A stretch of 64,000 nucleotides of DNA from Bacteroidales bacterium (GCA_024763075.1 JANTGF010000008.1:15531-79530), one strand, 5' to 3'; counted from the first letter of the stretch, positions 9,609-19,497 are shown. Notes: generated from the letters alone by a model not told the origin. Numbers and translations: made by a program.

Positions 9609-10493
9609 TTATTGAAAGATTTCCTTTCTGGAAGCAAGTAATGTATTTTTCAGGAGAGAAACAATGGTCATAGGTCCTACTCCACCAGGAACCGGAGTGA
9701 TATAGCTGCATTTTGGGGCCACTTCGTCAAACTTTACGTCACCTAAAAGTTTCCAGCCTGATTTGGTTTTGTCGGACTTTACGCGGGTAATACCCACATC
9801 AATTACGACGGCACCCTGTTTAACCATATCACCAGTCAGGAACTCAGCTTTACCCAGGGCAGCAACTATAATATCTGCTTTTTCAGTAATTTCTTTCAGG
9901 TCAGGAGTACGGCTGTGACAAAGCGTAACCGTAGCATTCCCAAAATCAGCCTTTTGACTAAGAAGGATACTCATAGGCTTACCAACGATATTACTCCTTC
10001 CTATTACGGCACAGGATTTACCGGAGGATTCAATGTTGTATCGCTTTAATAATTCTATAATTCCCGCCGGAGTAGCTGAAACAAATGCCGGAAGCCCAAT
10101 TACCATTCGTCCTACATTAACCGGATGAAAACCATCCACATCTTTTTGAGGCAATATTGCCTCAATTATTTTCTGTTCATTAATATGGGAAGGCAGGGGC
10201 AACTGAACAATTATCCCATCCACATCCTCATTTTTGTTTAGTTCATTGACCCTTTGCAACAATTCTTCTTCAGAAACAGTATCTTCAAGTCGGACAAGGG
10301 TTGAATTAAACCCCACAAACTTACAGGCTCTTTCCTTGCTGGCAACATAAGTTTCGCTTGCTCCATCATGGCCTACCAGTACAGCAGCAAGATGGGGTTT
10401 TTTTCCTCCCGCTTCAATAAGTTGTTTCACTTCTTCTGCTATTTCCTCTTTAATTTTTGCAGATGTAGTTTTGCCGTCGATTAGTTGATACAT
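9609..10493 (-). CDS. folD: Bifunctional methylenetetrahydrofolate dehydrogenase / methenyl-THF cyclohydrolase
   Basis: 294 aa full-length match in pattern to FolD: [48 protein letters not shown]. Confidence 0.95.
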   Translation of the reverse strand: MYQLIDGKTTSAKIKEEIAEEVKQLIEAGGKKPHLAAVLVGHDGASETYVASKERACKFVGFNSTLVRLEDTVSEEELLQRVNELNKNEDVDGIIVQLPLPSHINEQKIIEAILPQKDVDGFHPVNVGRMVIGLPAFVSATPAGIIELLKRYNIESSGKSCAVIGRSNIVGKPMSILLSQKADFGNATVTLCHSRTPDLKEITEKADIIVAALGKAEFLTGDMVKQGAVVIDVGITRVKSDKTKSGWKLLGDVKFDEVAPKCSYITPVPGGVGPMTIVSLLKNTLLASRKEIFQ

Positions 10494-10602
10494 GGTTTAA
10501 AAGGTTTGTGTAGTTTCCGGTTTATTTCTAGTAATTGCTTTCAGATTTAGTGGTTAAAGTCAAAGATACAAGATCAAGAACCAAGAAATCCCGAAACAGT
10601 TG

Positions 10603-10812
10603 AAATCAATGATTTTATTACTATTTCAATGATCCTCCTCCAAAGGAGTCCTATTGGGAGAAGAACTAAGCAAATCACCCTTCTCCCACAGGGATCCCTT
10701 TGGGGGACCCGCCTCAGGGTGCTAATTTGCATTTTTTCGGGACTTCATCTCTCATCCACCGAGGCTTTATTTGATCTCCGCAGCTTTTGCGGAGGAGATG
10801 GCGTAGGTGGAG
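10603..10812 (-). other. GC-rich, highly self-complementary intergenic element (candidate structured RNA or MITE-like relic) between ffh and folD
   Basis: 8-bp perfect stem gggagaag (10656-10663) / cttctccc (10680-10687). 7-bp stem ctccgca (10776-10782) / tgcggag (10788-10794), nested inside tccacc (10755-10760) / ggtgga (10806-10811). On the minus strand there is an extended hairpin: GCAAAT-tag-CACCCT-gaggc-GGGTCCC-ccaaa-GGGATCC-ctgtgggaga-AGGGTG-ATTTGC. 13-nt palindrome aaatcaatgattt at 10603-10615. Confidence 0.3.
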
Positions 10813-10813
10813 T

Positions 10814-10860
10814 TCATCCTTCATCCTTCATCTTCATCCTTCATCGTTCATCGTTCATAC
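10814..10860. repeat. Tandem heptamer microsatellite, TCATCCT / TCATCGT, about 7 units
   Basis: Read directly: tcatcct tcatcct tcatct tcatcct tcatcgt tcatcgt tcatac, ending 4 nt before the ffh stop codon (10865-10867 on the minus strand). Confidence 0.85.
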
Positions 10861-10864
10861 TTTT

Positions 10865-12202
10865 TCACCTTCTCATTCCCTGCATATTACTCATCATGCT
10901 GGCCATGCTCTTTTTACCTCCTGACATCATTTTCAGCATTTTACGGGTTTCGCTGAACTGTTTGATCAGTTGATTTACCTCCTGTACGCTTGTTCCGCTT
11001 CCAATGGCTATTCTTTTCCTCCTCGACCCGTTTAAAACAGCAGGATTTGACCGCTCAAGCGGTGTCATTGACCTGATAATAGACTCAATCCCCTTGAAAG
11101 CATCATCATCAACATCCATGTTCTTCATGGCTTTCCCCATTCCGGGAACCATAGCTGCCAGGTCTTTTATATTCCCCATTTTCTTAATTTGCTGGATCTG
11201 GGAAAGAAAATCATCAAAATTGAACTGATTTTTAGCGATTTTCTTCTGTAATTTCCGTGCTTCAGCCTCATCAAACTGCTCCTGGGCTTTTTCCACCAGG
11301 CTAACAATATCACCCATGCCCAGAATTCTGTCAGCCATCCTGTCAGGATAAAAAACATCCAGGGCTTCCATCTTCTCACCGGTACCAACAAACTTTATCG
11401 GTTTATCCACAACCGACCGAATGGAAAGGGCTGCACCACCTCGGGTATCACCATCCAGTTTAGTAAGTACAACTCCGTTAAAATCCAGGCGGTTGTTGAA
11501 TTCTTTGGCTGTATTTACCGCATCCTGACCTGTCATAGAGTCCACCACAAACAAAATCTCACCCGGGTTCACCTCTTTTTTTATAGAAGATATTTCATTC
11601 ATCATATCCTCATCGATGGCCAGCCGGCCGGCAGTATCAATGATGACCACATCCAATCCTTCCCTTTTTGCATGCCGGATCGCATCGCGGGCAATTTTCA
11701 CCGGATTTTTATTGTCATCCTCCGTATAAACAGGCACTGAAATCTGCTCACCCAGCACTTTCAATTGCTCAATAGCAGCAGGACGGTAAACATCACCGGC
11801 AACCAGTAGTGGTTTCTTACTTCTTTTTGTCTTTAAAAGGTTTGCAAGTTTCCCTGAAAATGTAGTTTTACCAGAACCCTGAAGTCCGGCAACCAAAATA
11901 ACAGAAGGATTTACCTTAATATTTATATCCACACTTTCACCGCCCATAAGCTGGGCCAGTTCATCGTGTACTATCTTCACCATTTGCTCTCCGGGTTTCA
12001 CCGATTTGATTACATCGGCACCCAGTGCTTTCTCTTTTACCCTGTCAGTAAAAGATTTTGCAATTTTATAGTTTACGTCAGCATCCAGTAAAGCCCGTCT
12101 GACTTCCTTTAAAGTTTCCGCAATGTTAATTTCTGTAATACGCCCCTGTCCCTTCAGCAACCTGAAGGACCGGTCTAATCTGTCGCTTAAATTTTCAAAC
12201 AT
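10865..12202 (-). CDS. ffh: Signal recognition particle protein Ffh
   Basis: 445 aa. N domain, SRP54 GTPase motifs GLQGSGKTT, DTAGR, TKLDGD, and a methionine-rich C-terminal M domain. Confidence 0.97.
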   Translation of the reverse strand: MFENLSDRLDRSFRLLKGQGRITEINIAETLKEVRRALLDADVNYKIAKSFTDRVKEKALGADVIKSVKPGEQMVKIVHDELAQLMGGESVDINIKVNPSVILVAGLQGSGKTTFSGKLANLLKTKRSKKPLLVAGDVYRPAAIEQLKVLGEQISVPVYTEDDNKNPVKIARDAIRHAKREGLDVVIIDTAGRLAIDEDMMNEISSIKKEVNPGEILFVVDSMTGQDAVNTAKEFNNRLDFNGVVLTKLDGDTRGGAALSIRSVVDKPIKFVGTGEKMEALDVFYPDRMADRILGMGDIVSLVEKAQEQFDEAEARKLQKKIAKNQFNFDDFLSQIQQIKKMGNIKDLAAMVPGMGKAMKNMDVDDDAFKGIESIIRSMTPLERSNPAVLNGSRRKRIAIGSGTSVQEVNQLIKQFSETRKMLKMMSGGKKSMASMMSNMQGMRR

Positions 12203-12299
12203 TTATTTCATCAATTTTTATCCAGCCACAAAAATATACAATTCTGCCGTAAAAAAGATTCCTGACAACAAATTGTTAATAAGAAAAGACAGAGTATTC

Positions 12300-14108
12300 C
12301 TACATCCTTTCCGGAACTTCAATACCCAAAAGGTTCATAGCCGACTCAATTACCCTTCCGGTCATCTCTGACAAACACAAACGAAAATCCCTTTTTTCAG
12401 GTTTTTCTTCACGAAGAATAGAAAAATCGTGGTAAAACTGATTGTATTCTTTAACCAGTTCAAATGTATAATTTGCAATCAGAGCGGGACTAAAGTTTTT
12501 TCCTGCTTCCCGGACAATTGCAGCAAAATCCCTGATTAGTTTTACCAGTTCCTTTTCCTTGCTTTCCAGAATAACTTCCGGTTTTCCATCCTGGAACCCC
12601 CATTTCAGCCTTCTTTCCTTTGCCTTTCGCAATACAGATTGTATCCTGGCATAGGTGTATTGAATAAAAGAGCCTGTATTCCCGTTAAAATCAACCGATT
12701 CACGTGGATCAAAGGTCATGTTCTTTTTAGGATCCACCTTGAGAATAAAATATTTCAGGGCACCCAGGCCGATTTTCCTGTAAATTTCTTTCTTTTCTTC
12801 GTCTTCGTAATCATCCAGTTTGCCCAATTCTTCTGACATTTCACGAGCCGTATTGTACATCTCTGCTATCAGGTCATCCGCATCCACCACTGTACCTTCC
12901 CTGGATTTCATTTTCCCCTCCGGAAGTTCTACCATGCCATAAGAAAGATGGTACAGTTTATCCGCCCATGGATAACCCATCTTTTTCAAAACCAGCTTTA
13001 AAACCTGAAAATGATAGTTTTGCTCATTTCCAACCACATAAATATGCTCATCAAAATGATAATCCTGATACCGTAAAACAGCGGTCCCCAAATCCTGGGT
13101 CATATAAACCGCTGTGCCATCCGAGCGGAGGAGCAGCTTTTCATCCAGACCATCGTCTGTCAGGTCAGCCCAGACCGAACCATCTTCTTTTTTGAACAAA
13201 ATTCCTTTTTCCAGTGCTTCCTCAACAAGTTTTTTGCCCAGTTTAAAGGTTTCAGACTCATAATAAATCTTATCAAAGCTCACACCCAGTTCACGATAAG
13301 TAATGTCAAATCCTTCATAAACCCAGGCATTCATCATCTTCCACAGGTTCATCACTTCCTCATCCCCATTCTCCCACTGCCTCAGCATTTCTTGTGCTTC
13401 CAGTATCAAGGGGGCATTTTTCAAAGCATCTTCCCTGGCAACACCTTTCTCAACAAGCGTATTAATCTCTTTTTTGTACTCCTGATCAAATTTCACATAA
13501 TAATCACCCACCAGATGGTCTCCCTTTTTACCTGTGGACTCAGGTGTTTCCCCCCTGCCCCATTTCTGCCAGGCCAGCATAGACTTACAGATATGAATAC
13601 CCCGATCGTTTACGATATTGGTTTTTATTACTTCATGACCATTTGCTTCCAGAATTTTCGACACCGAGAAACCCAGCAGGTTATTACGGATATGCCCAAG
13701 ATGCAGCGGTTTGTTTGTATTGGGAGATGAATATTCCACCATAAAAGGATTACCGGCTGCTGGCTCCTTTACAATGCCAAAGTCCGCCTGAACATAAATA
13801 TCCTGAAACAAAGATTCCCAATAGTTGTTCGTAAGTTCCAGGTTCAGGAAACCCTTAACAACATTGAAGCTATGAACCACTTCCAGCTTATTCTTCAGAT
13901 ATTCTCCAAGAAGAGTAGCTGTTTCTTCCGGTTTTCTTTGTGAAATTTTCAGTAAAGGAAATACCACAATAGTAAAGTCACCGGTAAAATCCTTTCTCGT
14001 TTTCTGCACCTGAATCTGCCCGGATACCGGCTCCTGCCCGAACAACTCTTCTACAGCCTCTTTAACGCCCTGTTCAATGGTAAGTTCAATATTATTTTTC
14101 AAATCCAT
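12300..14108 (-). CDS. argS: Arginine--tRNA ligase
   Basis: Class I HIGH motif (PLHLGHIRN), an MSTR/KMSK-like GKMKSREG, and a DALR anticodon-binding C-terminus ending ...PERM. The start is moved to ATG 14108 (MDLKNNIELT) because the 24-aa upstream extension in the ORF track looks non-native. Confidence 0.95.
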   Translation of the reverse strand: MDLKNNIELTIEQGVKEAVEELFGQEPVSGQIQVQKTRKDFTGDFTIVVFPLLKISQRKPEETATLLGEYLKNKLEVVHSFNVVKGFLNLELTNNYWESLFQDIYVQADFGIVKEPAAGNPFMVEYSSPNTNKPLHLGHIRNNLLGFSVSKILEANGHEVIKTNIVNDRGIHICKSMLAWQKWGRGETPESTGKKGDHLVGDYYVKFDQEYKKEINTLVEKGVAREDALKNAPLILEAQEMLRQWENGDEEVMNLWKMMNAWVYEGFDITYRELGVSFDKIYYESETFKLGKKLVEEALEKGILFKKEDGSVWADLTDDGLDEKLLLRSDGTAVYMTQDLGTAVLRYQDYHFDEHIYVVGNEQNYHFQVLKLVLKKMGYPWADKLYHLSYGMVELPEGKMKSREGTVVDADDLIAEMYNTAREMSEELGKLDDYEDEEKKEIYRKIGLGALKYFILKVDPKKNMTFDPRESVDFNGNTGSFIQYTYARIQSVLRKAKERRLKWGFQDGKPEVILESKEKELVKLIRDFAAIVREAGKNFSPALIANYTFELVKEYNQFYHDFSILREEKPEKRDFRLCLSEMTGRVIESAMNLLGIEVPERM

Positions 14109-14376
14109 TTTGCTTCTTGTTCCCCTTTTAAAATTCCAAACCGCAAAGATAATACAGCAGTTGTGAAAAACAGGGATCAAGTGAAGAATTATTTACAAAA
14201 CGATAAGATCTGTTTCAATTATTTCTGTGGAATAGATTATTATTTAAAAATGGCGGTGTTAACGGAAATAACTGTATTGTTTCCTGTGTTAAAACTATGA
14301 ATATAAGTCCACTTTGCAGAGATTTTCCGGTAGAATATGATCTATTAATTTCTAAAAGTGAATTATCTGAAAAAGC

Positions 14377-15591
14377 CTAATTCTTTCTGCCAAGTTTTAA
14401 CCTGTATGCCACCCCCCATTCAATCCAGTCAGCAATTCCTCCGTTCATGGTTTTCAGGCAAATATGTGCATAAAGGTTGTCCGTTAACTGTATCCTCCCT
14501 CCTGCACGCATATAAAAACCTCCTCTTGCGGGAGATTCCTTGTACAAGTAAAAACCCAGATTATAAAGAAAGCTGAATCTTTCTATCTGATATTGGAAAC
14601 CCACATGAGCACCAAAGGACATTTTAGCAAGTGTTGAAATATCAGAATTTTCCCAGTCATCATAGGTCTCAACAAGAGATCCATCGTAAAAAATATCCAC
14701 CCCGGAACCGGCCTGCAACTTTCTGGCAAACTGATAAGCCCAGTCTGCCGAAACAGAACTGGTCAAATACCGTATCCCCTTTGGTTCGCCCAGGGGCCGT
14801 TCCGTCAGAACAGTCCCGACGGCAGCCATAAATTGCAATTCATGGTGAGGTTTAAAGGCCGGCTTTTCAGATACAATAAAGCTTGGTCTTATAGCAGGTT
14901 TATAGTCCGGATCCACCGCTTTTGTATAATTCTTTATCGGATTCAGGTTATATTTCAGCCCAACTCCTAAACCCATGGTATTGATTCCTTTTTGGGGGGC
15001 AAATGTCCGTCCATTGGAAAAATGAGTCAGACCATAAGAAAGACTAAGATCCAACCTTTCAGAAAGTTTAAAATACAGCATTAAACTAAAGTTAAAATAA
15101 AGATTGACACTGGAACCAATTACGTCTTGAGTAGGATTATTCTCCGGATCATAAGGATTAAAATCATAACTCAAACCTATGGATATATCCGTATTAAAAG
15201 TAAACCTCCCGAATCGAACGATTGGAGCTCCAAAATAGAAAAATAATGCTGAAGGTTTTCCAATGAGCGTGTCAGCAACATTGTCTCCCATATCCCCCAT
15301 ATAAAAGCCCAGACCGTATTGCGGATAATTATGTAACTGCTGCCACAACTGCCTTCCTGTGGACTGTGTACCAATTCTTAATTCCAGTGCCTGAAATCCA
15401 CTTGAAAATGGTTCCTGTAAATAGATTGAACTGGTAGGATTGGAGCCAAAATGATAAAACACCTGCCAGTAATTGAAAAAGCCATAGTTTTCATCCTTTT
15501 TGAAATCTTCCGGCTTAAAAGAGGATTTTTCCTGACTAAATGCCAGTGTTACCGATAAAATAATAGTCGAGATTAAAAATATTTTTTTCAT
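14377..15591 (-). CDS. PagL-like acyloxyacyl hydrolase / lipid A deacylase-family outer-membrane beta-barrel (paralogue 1)
   Basis: Signal peptide, alternating beta-strand pattern, aromatic C-terminus region. The LTHFSNG motif matches the PagL catalytic His-x-Ser-Asn-Gly. Shares RQLWQQLHNYP with the paralogue at 16157-17353. Confidence 0.65.
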   Translation of the reverse strand: MKKIFLISTIILSVTLAFSQEKSSFKPEDFKKDENYGFFNYWQVFYHFGSNPTSSIYLQEPFSSGFQALELRIGTQSTGRQLWQQLHNYPQYGLGFYMGDMGDNVADTLIGKPSALFFYFGAPIVRFGRFTFNTDISIGLSYDFNPYDPENNPTQDVIGSSVNLYFNFSLMLYFKLSERLDLSLSYGLTHFSNGRTFAPQKGINTMGLGVGLKYNLNPIKNYTKAVDPDYKPAIRPSFIVSEKPAFKPHHELQFMAAVGTVLTERPLGEPKGIRYLTSSVSADWAYQFARKLQAGSGVDIFYDGSLVETYDDWENSDISTLAKMSFGAHVGFQYQIERFSFLYNLGFYLYKESPARGGFYMRAGGRIQLTDNLYAHICLKTMNGGIADWIEWGVAYRLKLGRKN

Positions 15592-15608
15592 TATAAAAGC
15601 TTTCCAAA

Positions 15609-16007
15609 TTATTCAGACTCATCAAAGTCGTAATTAAAAACCCTTGGTACGGGTCTGTAGATATTACCTGTAGAATAGTCAATACCCAGCCATACGCCAC
15701 CTGAAACCACATCCAGAATGGTATAAATAGCATTTTGTTTACGCAGGATCAGGTATTTCATAGGTTCCTGTCCTTCTGCTTTGATTTCCAGGGTACTGCC
15801 GTGTTGGATTTTGGTTCTTTTCAGCTTAATTTTTCCCGGGGCATCCCCGATGTATTCATCATCCAGATATACACGGGCTTTCTGCAAACTATCCGCTTTA
15901 AAAACAAGTGTGTTAGTTCTTCCTCCAAAAACGGTAGCGCAGGATTGTAAACCAATTGCCATTACAATTACAAGAATGAACAATACAAATCTGCGGTTTT
16001 GTTTCAT
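15609..16007 (-). CDS. Small lipoprotein with PEGA-like beta-sandwich segment
   Basis: Lipobox-like AIGLQSC. VYLDDEYIGDAPGKIKL resembles a PEGA domain. 132 aa, sandwiched between the two PagL-like genes. Confidence 0.55.
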   Translation of the reverse strand: MKQNRRFVLFILVIVMAIGLQSCATVFGGRTNTLVFKADSLQKARVYLDDEYIGDAPGKIKLKRTKIQHGSTLEIKAEGQEPMKYLILRKQNAIYTILDVVSGGVWLGIDYSTGNIYRPVPRVFNYDFDESE

Positions 16008-16156
16008 GTTTGTTATACTTTTATTAATCCCGCAATAAATATATAAATAAATAAGGAATTAATAATATATTTTTTTTCGACCATTTCCTGTTTTATCCAT
16101 AATGGTACTTTGAAAAACCAAAATATACCAGGGTATAAAAATTATAAGGATTGATC

Positions 16157-17353
16157 CTAATCTCTCTTTTTCTGATGAAATTTTATCCGGTAGCCCACAT
16201 TAAATTCAATAAAATCAGCTTTGGAAAAATTAAAAGCCCTCACATTCAGGCCTGCAAGCCAATGATCTGAGAAATGGTATTTTAAACCAATGCGCTGATA
16301 GCTTGACGGAGTTTCGATACTTACATTGGCTTTTGGCCGGTAAAGATAAAAACCCGGCTGAAGAATCAGACTTACTTTATTGATCACCAGCTCAAAGGAA
16401 GGATACACCCCAAACAATATCTTATCTTTAAACTGCCAGGATGCTTTTTGGGGAATGCCAACCACTATTTTTGCAGTGGCTCCGTATGCTTCATTATAAC
16501 TTATATCAAAACCGGCACCAAATTTCACCAGATGCGTTATTTGATAATTAAAGCTAGATGAAAAATTGAAAATTTTATAATCAAAGGCAATAGCTGCAGA
16601 ATCACTGTTCTCATCATAATATCCAAAAGCGACCTGACGATAGGATGGAGAAAAAAGAATGAGCCACTCCATTTCCGTTTTAAATACGGGCTTTTCAATT
16701 TTAATAAATCCCGGCCTTTTCTTAAAAATATATTTCACCCCGATTTTAGGAGCGATCATATTCAGGCCATAATTGGGTAATTTAACGGAGCCGTTGGAAA
16801 AATGAGTAAAACCAAAACCAGCCAACAGGTCAAAGTGTTCCGAAAGCTGTACAACTGCTTTTAACCCCAGATCACCAAAAACCGTACTAAAAGAACCAAT
16901 CGGATATTGAAAACCATTTTCATAGGGATAATGCAATTCCCAACCGAAGGAAAACCCAAATCTGACCTCACCGTTTATGCTCCATTTTCCCCATCTTTTA
17001 AAAGGAATATCAATAAACATAAAAAGGGCAAATGGGGTACCCAGTTCAGCTGAGTTAAAAAAATTTCCGTAAAATACCCCCCCACCCCAAACAGGATAGT
17101 TGTATAACTGCTGCCACAGTTTCCGCCCATCCGTTTGCACTCCATATATTGCAGTCAGTGCAAGATATTTCGTTAAGGGTTTGCCTTCGGGGTTTCCTCC
17201 CTGAACATAAGGATGAGTCTGTAATATCCGGCCAGGTTCAATATTAAGACCCAATATATGTGAACCAGATTTCTTATTGATCCTGGTTGAATCAGCCGCG
17301 GTACAATTGAAAACAAAGAAGATTACAAATATTATGGACAAATACTTCTTCAT
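16157..17353 (-). CDS. PagL-like acyloxyacyl hydrolase-family outer-membrane beta-barrel (paralogue 2)
   Basis: FTHFSNG motif and RKLWQQLYNYP, with the same length and architecture as 14377-15591. ATG 17353 (MKKYLSIIF) is preferred over the TTG at 17365. Confidence 0.65.
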   Translation of the reverse strand: MKKYLSIIFVIFFVFNCTAADSTRINKKSGSHILGLNIEPGRILQTHPYVQGGNPEGKPLTKYLALTAIYGVQTDGRKLWQQLYNYPVWGGGVFYGNFFNSAELGTPFALFMFIDIPFKRWGKWSINGEVRFGFSFGWELHYPYENGFQYPIGSFSTVFGDLGLKAVVQLSEHFDLLAGFGFTHFSNGSVKLPNYGLNMIAPKIGVKYIFKKRPGFIKIEKPVFKTEMEWLILFSPSYRQVAFGYYDENSDSAAIAFDYKIFNFSSSFNYQITHLVKFGAGFDISYNEAYGATAKIVVGIPQKASWQFKDKILFGVYPSFELVINKVSLILQPGFYLYRPKANVSIETPSSYQRIGLKYHFSDHWLAGLNVRAFNFSKADFIEFNVGYRIKFHQKKRD

Positions 17354-17433
17354 CTCTTTTTTCAATCATTATTACCGGTAAAAATCAAATTGAGAATGAA
17401 TTCAGATACTTTCTCTCGTTTAACCAATAAGGT

Positions 17434-19413
17434 TTATCTTTTTGGTGGTTTAACACCTCTTGCTTTAGCAGCATCTTCCAGCCTTTGCTGCCATTTTGAT
17501 TTTTTCACTGGTTTTTTCTTACTGGCTTCCAACTTCTTAAGAATTTCTTCATCATTGATAAACTGTTTGGCTATCATATTCTGACCAAATGTAATCAGGT
17601 TCGCCAGAAAATAATAATAGGTCAGACCTGCAGAGTAATTATTCAGAATAACCATGAACATTACCGGCATTATATACATCATCCCCTGCATGCCAGGAAT
17701 TTGTCCGGATGACTGGCTGGGGCTGTTAATTTTCATTGTCAGAATGGTAGAAACCGTCATCAATAAAGTAAACAAACTAACATGATCGCCATACATCGGG
17801 ATCATAAACGGAAGTTTAAGAATGGAATCGTAGGTAGAAAGATCTGTAGCCCACAGAAAACTTTGTTGCCTTAATTCTATGGATGTAGGAAAGAAACGGA
17901 ACATGGCGAACAAAATAGGCATCTGCAACAGCATCGGGAGACATCCTCCCATCGGGCTTACCCCAACCCGTTTATACAGGGCCATGGTTGCCTGTTGCTT
18001 TTTCATGGCATCCTCTTTTTTCGGGAATTTTGCATTGATCTGATCAACCTGAGGTTTCAAAACCTTCATCTTCGCCTGAGAAATATAGGACTTAAACGTT
18101 AAGGGAAAAAGAACCATCTTAATGATGAGAGTCAGTACCAGAATAATGAGCCCGTAATTACCGATGTACCGACCCAGCCAGTTAAACAGATTAATAATTA
18201 CATATTCGTTAATCCACCGGATAATATTCCTGCCCAATGAAACAAGATTTTCCAGTCCCAGATCATATTTTTTCAACAGCTTATAATTATTCGGGCCAAA
18301 ATAAAAGTGCATTTTATAGGAACTGCTCTCATCCCCGGAATAAGGAAGGCTTAATTTAGCTTTAAACTGCCTCAGATATTTACTGTCTTCAGGCATCTTT
18401 TCATATCGTACCCAGGCATTTAAAGCCGGATCATCCATGATAAGAACCGAGGAAAAAAACTGATCTTTAAATGCCATCCATCTGATCTTTGTTATGATAT
18501 CGTCTTCTTCCACCTCTTTTGTGGAACGATCCCGCGAGCCATCCACTTCATCCTGGTAATACTTAAATTTATATCCCACATAGTAATCTTCATTTTTCCG
18601 GCCCCTCTCCTGTTGTGGCATATACATTTCCCAGGAAAGGTCCAGAGCACTCAGATTCTGAGCCAGAATATTCCTCATCCCTTCCAGGTTCATATCAAAA
18701 TCAAGCATATAATTATCCGGCTTTAAGGTATATACATACTCAATGTATTTATCCTTCTCAACCTCCAGTCTCATTCTAAGGCTTACCGGCTGATCTTTTA
18801 CTATGATATGTTTTTGATTTGTAAGCGGTGTAAAATAGAGATCATTTGTTCTGATGGGATGGTTATCTCCTGTAAAAAACTGAAAACCAAAAACAGTGGA
18901 ATCACCATTAAAAAGAATCAATGGCATGGTATCATAAGTATGGTACTGTTTTAGTTCTGCCGAGTAAATCCTTCCGCCTTTATTGGAAATTTTAAGCCTT
19001 ACCAGGTCATTCTCAATGGTAACAAAGTCGGCTTTACCATTCACTGCAGAAGAAAATATGCCATATTGTGAAATTGCAGCCGAAGAATCCAGATTTTGAG
19101 AGGGTGCAGATTTTACCGGAATTGTCGCCTTCGGCTCCGATGCAGGAGTTGAATCCGGTTGAATTGTTTGCTTTACTCCCATTATCCTGTTGATCTCATC
19201 AATCTGCTTCCGGGCATAGGTTTCTCTGGGTTTAAAGGATGCAGCTTTTCTGTATGCAAGTATTGCTTTATCATAATCCTTTACCGTATAAAGAGAATCG
19301 GCAAGGGATATTTCTTTATCGTAGGCCTTATCCATTTTTGAGGTATTGTAGTAACTATACCCGATAAAAATGACACCAATTAACAATATCCCAATAATTG
19401 TATTCTTATCCAT
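17434..19413 (-). CDS. yidC: Membrane protein insertase YidC (long Bacteroidota form)
   Basis: 659 aa. N-terminal TM, large periplasmic domain, and a C-terminal 60-kDa insertase core (GCLPMLLQMPILFAMF, basic tail). Adjacent to pyrG, as is usual in Bacteroidota. Confidence 0.93.
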   Translation of the reverse strand: MDKNTIIGILLIGVIFIGYSYYNTSKMDKAYDKEISLADSLYTVKDYDKAILAYRKAASFKPRETYARKQIDEINRIMGVKQTIQPDSTPASEPKATIPVKSAPSQNLDSSAAISQYGIFSSAVNGKADFVTIENDLVRLKISNKGGRIYSAELKQYHTYDTMPLILFNGDSTVFGFQFFTGDNHPIRTNDLYFTPLTNQKHIIVKDQPVSLRMRLEVEKDKYIEYVYTLKPDNYMLDFDMNLEGMRNILAQNLSALDLSWEMYMPQQERGRKNEDYYVGYKFKYYQDEVDGSRDRSTKEVEEDDIITKIRWMAFKDQFFSSVLIMDDPALNAWVRYEKMPEDSKYLRQFKAKLSLPYSGDESSSYKMHFYFGPNNYKLLKKYDLGLENLVSLGRNIIRWINEYVIINLFNWLGRYIGNYGLIILVLTLIIKMVLFPLTFKSYISQAKMKVLKPQVDQINAKFPKKEDAMKKQQATMALYKRVGVSPMGGCLPMLLQMPILFAMFRFFPTSIELRQQSFLWATDLSTYDSILKLPFMIPMYGDHVSLFTLLMTVSTILTMKINSPSQSSGQIPGMQGMMYIMPVMFMVILNNYSAGLTYYYFLANLITFGQNMIAKQFINDEEILKKLEASKKKPVKKSKWQQRLEDAAKARGVKPPKR

Positions 19414-19497
19414 AAAACTAAATTATTATTTTCCTCTATTTATCAGAGATTTGAATGAACATATCTAAAAAAACCTTCATTCAAAATCCCATGAGCA

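Noticed and set aside
10603-10812. Possibility that the structured element next to ffh is the SRP (4.5S) RNA
   Set aside because: I could not find the conserved domain IV features on either strand (GNRA/GGAA tetraloop closed by the AGCA / GGAA-type symmetric and asymmetric loops). The apical loop here is CCAAA. Only Infernal could settle it.
10814-10860. Tandem repeat as a possible CRISPR array
   Set aside because: The units are 6-7 nt and directly adjacent with no spacers, which makes it a microsatellite. No CRISPR-like repeat-spacer architecture occurs anywhere in the window.
10629-10973. 114-aa plus-strand ORF spanning the ffh-folD intergenic region and running into ffh antisense
   Set aside because: Its sequence is driven by the heptamer repeat (HPSSFIFILHRSSFILF) and by the antisense of the ffh 3' end. 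It has no start context or recognisable fold, so it is treated as non-coding.
14109-14180. 24-aa N-terminal extension of argS (MIPVFHNCCIIFAVWNFKRGTRSK)
   Set aside because: The extension is hydrophobic and Cys-rich, unlike ArgRS N-termini. The internal ATG at 14108 gives a canonical start.
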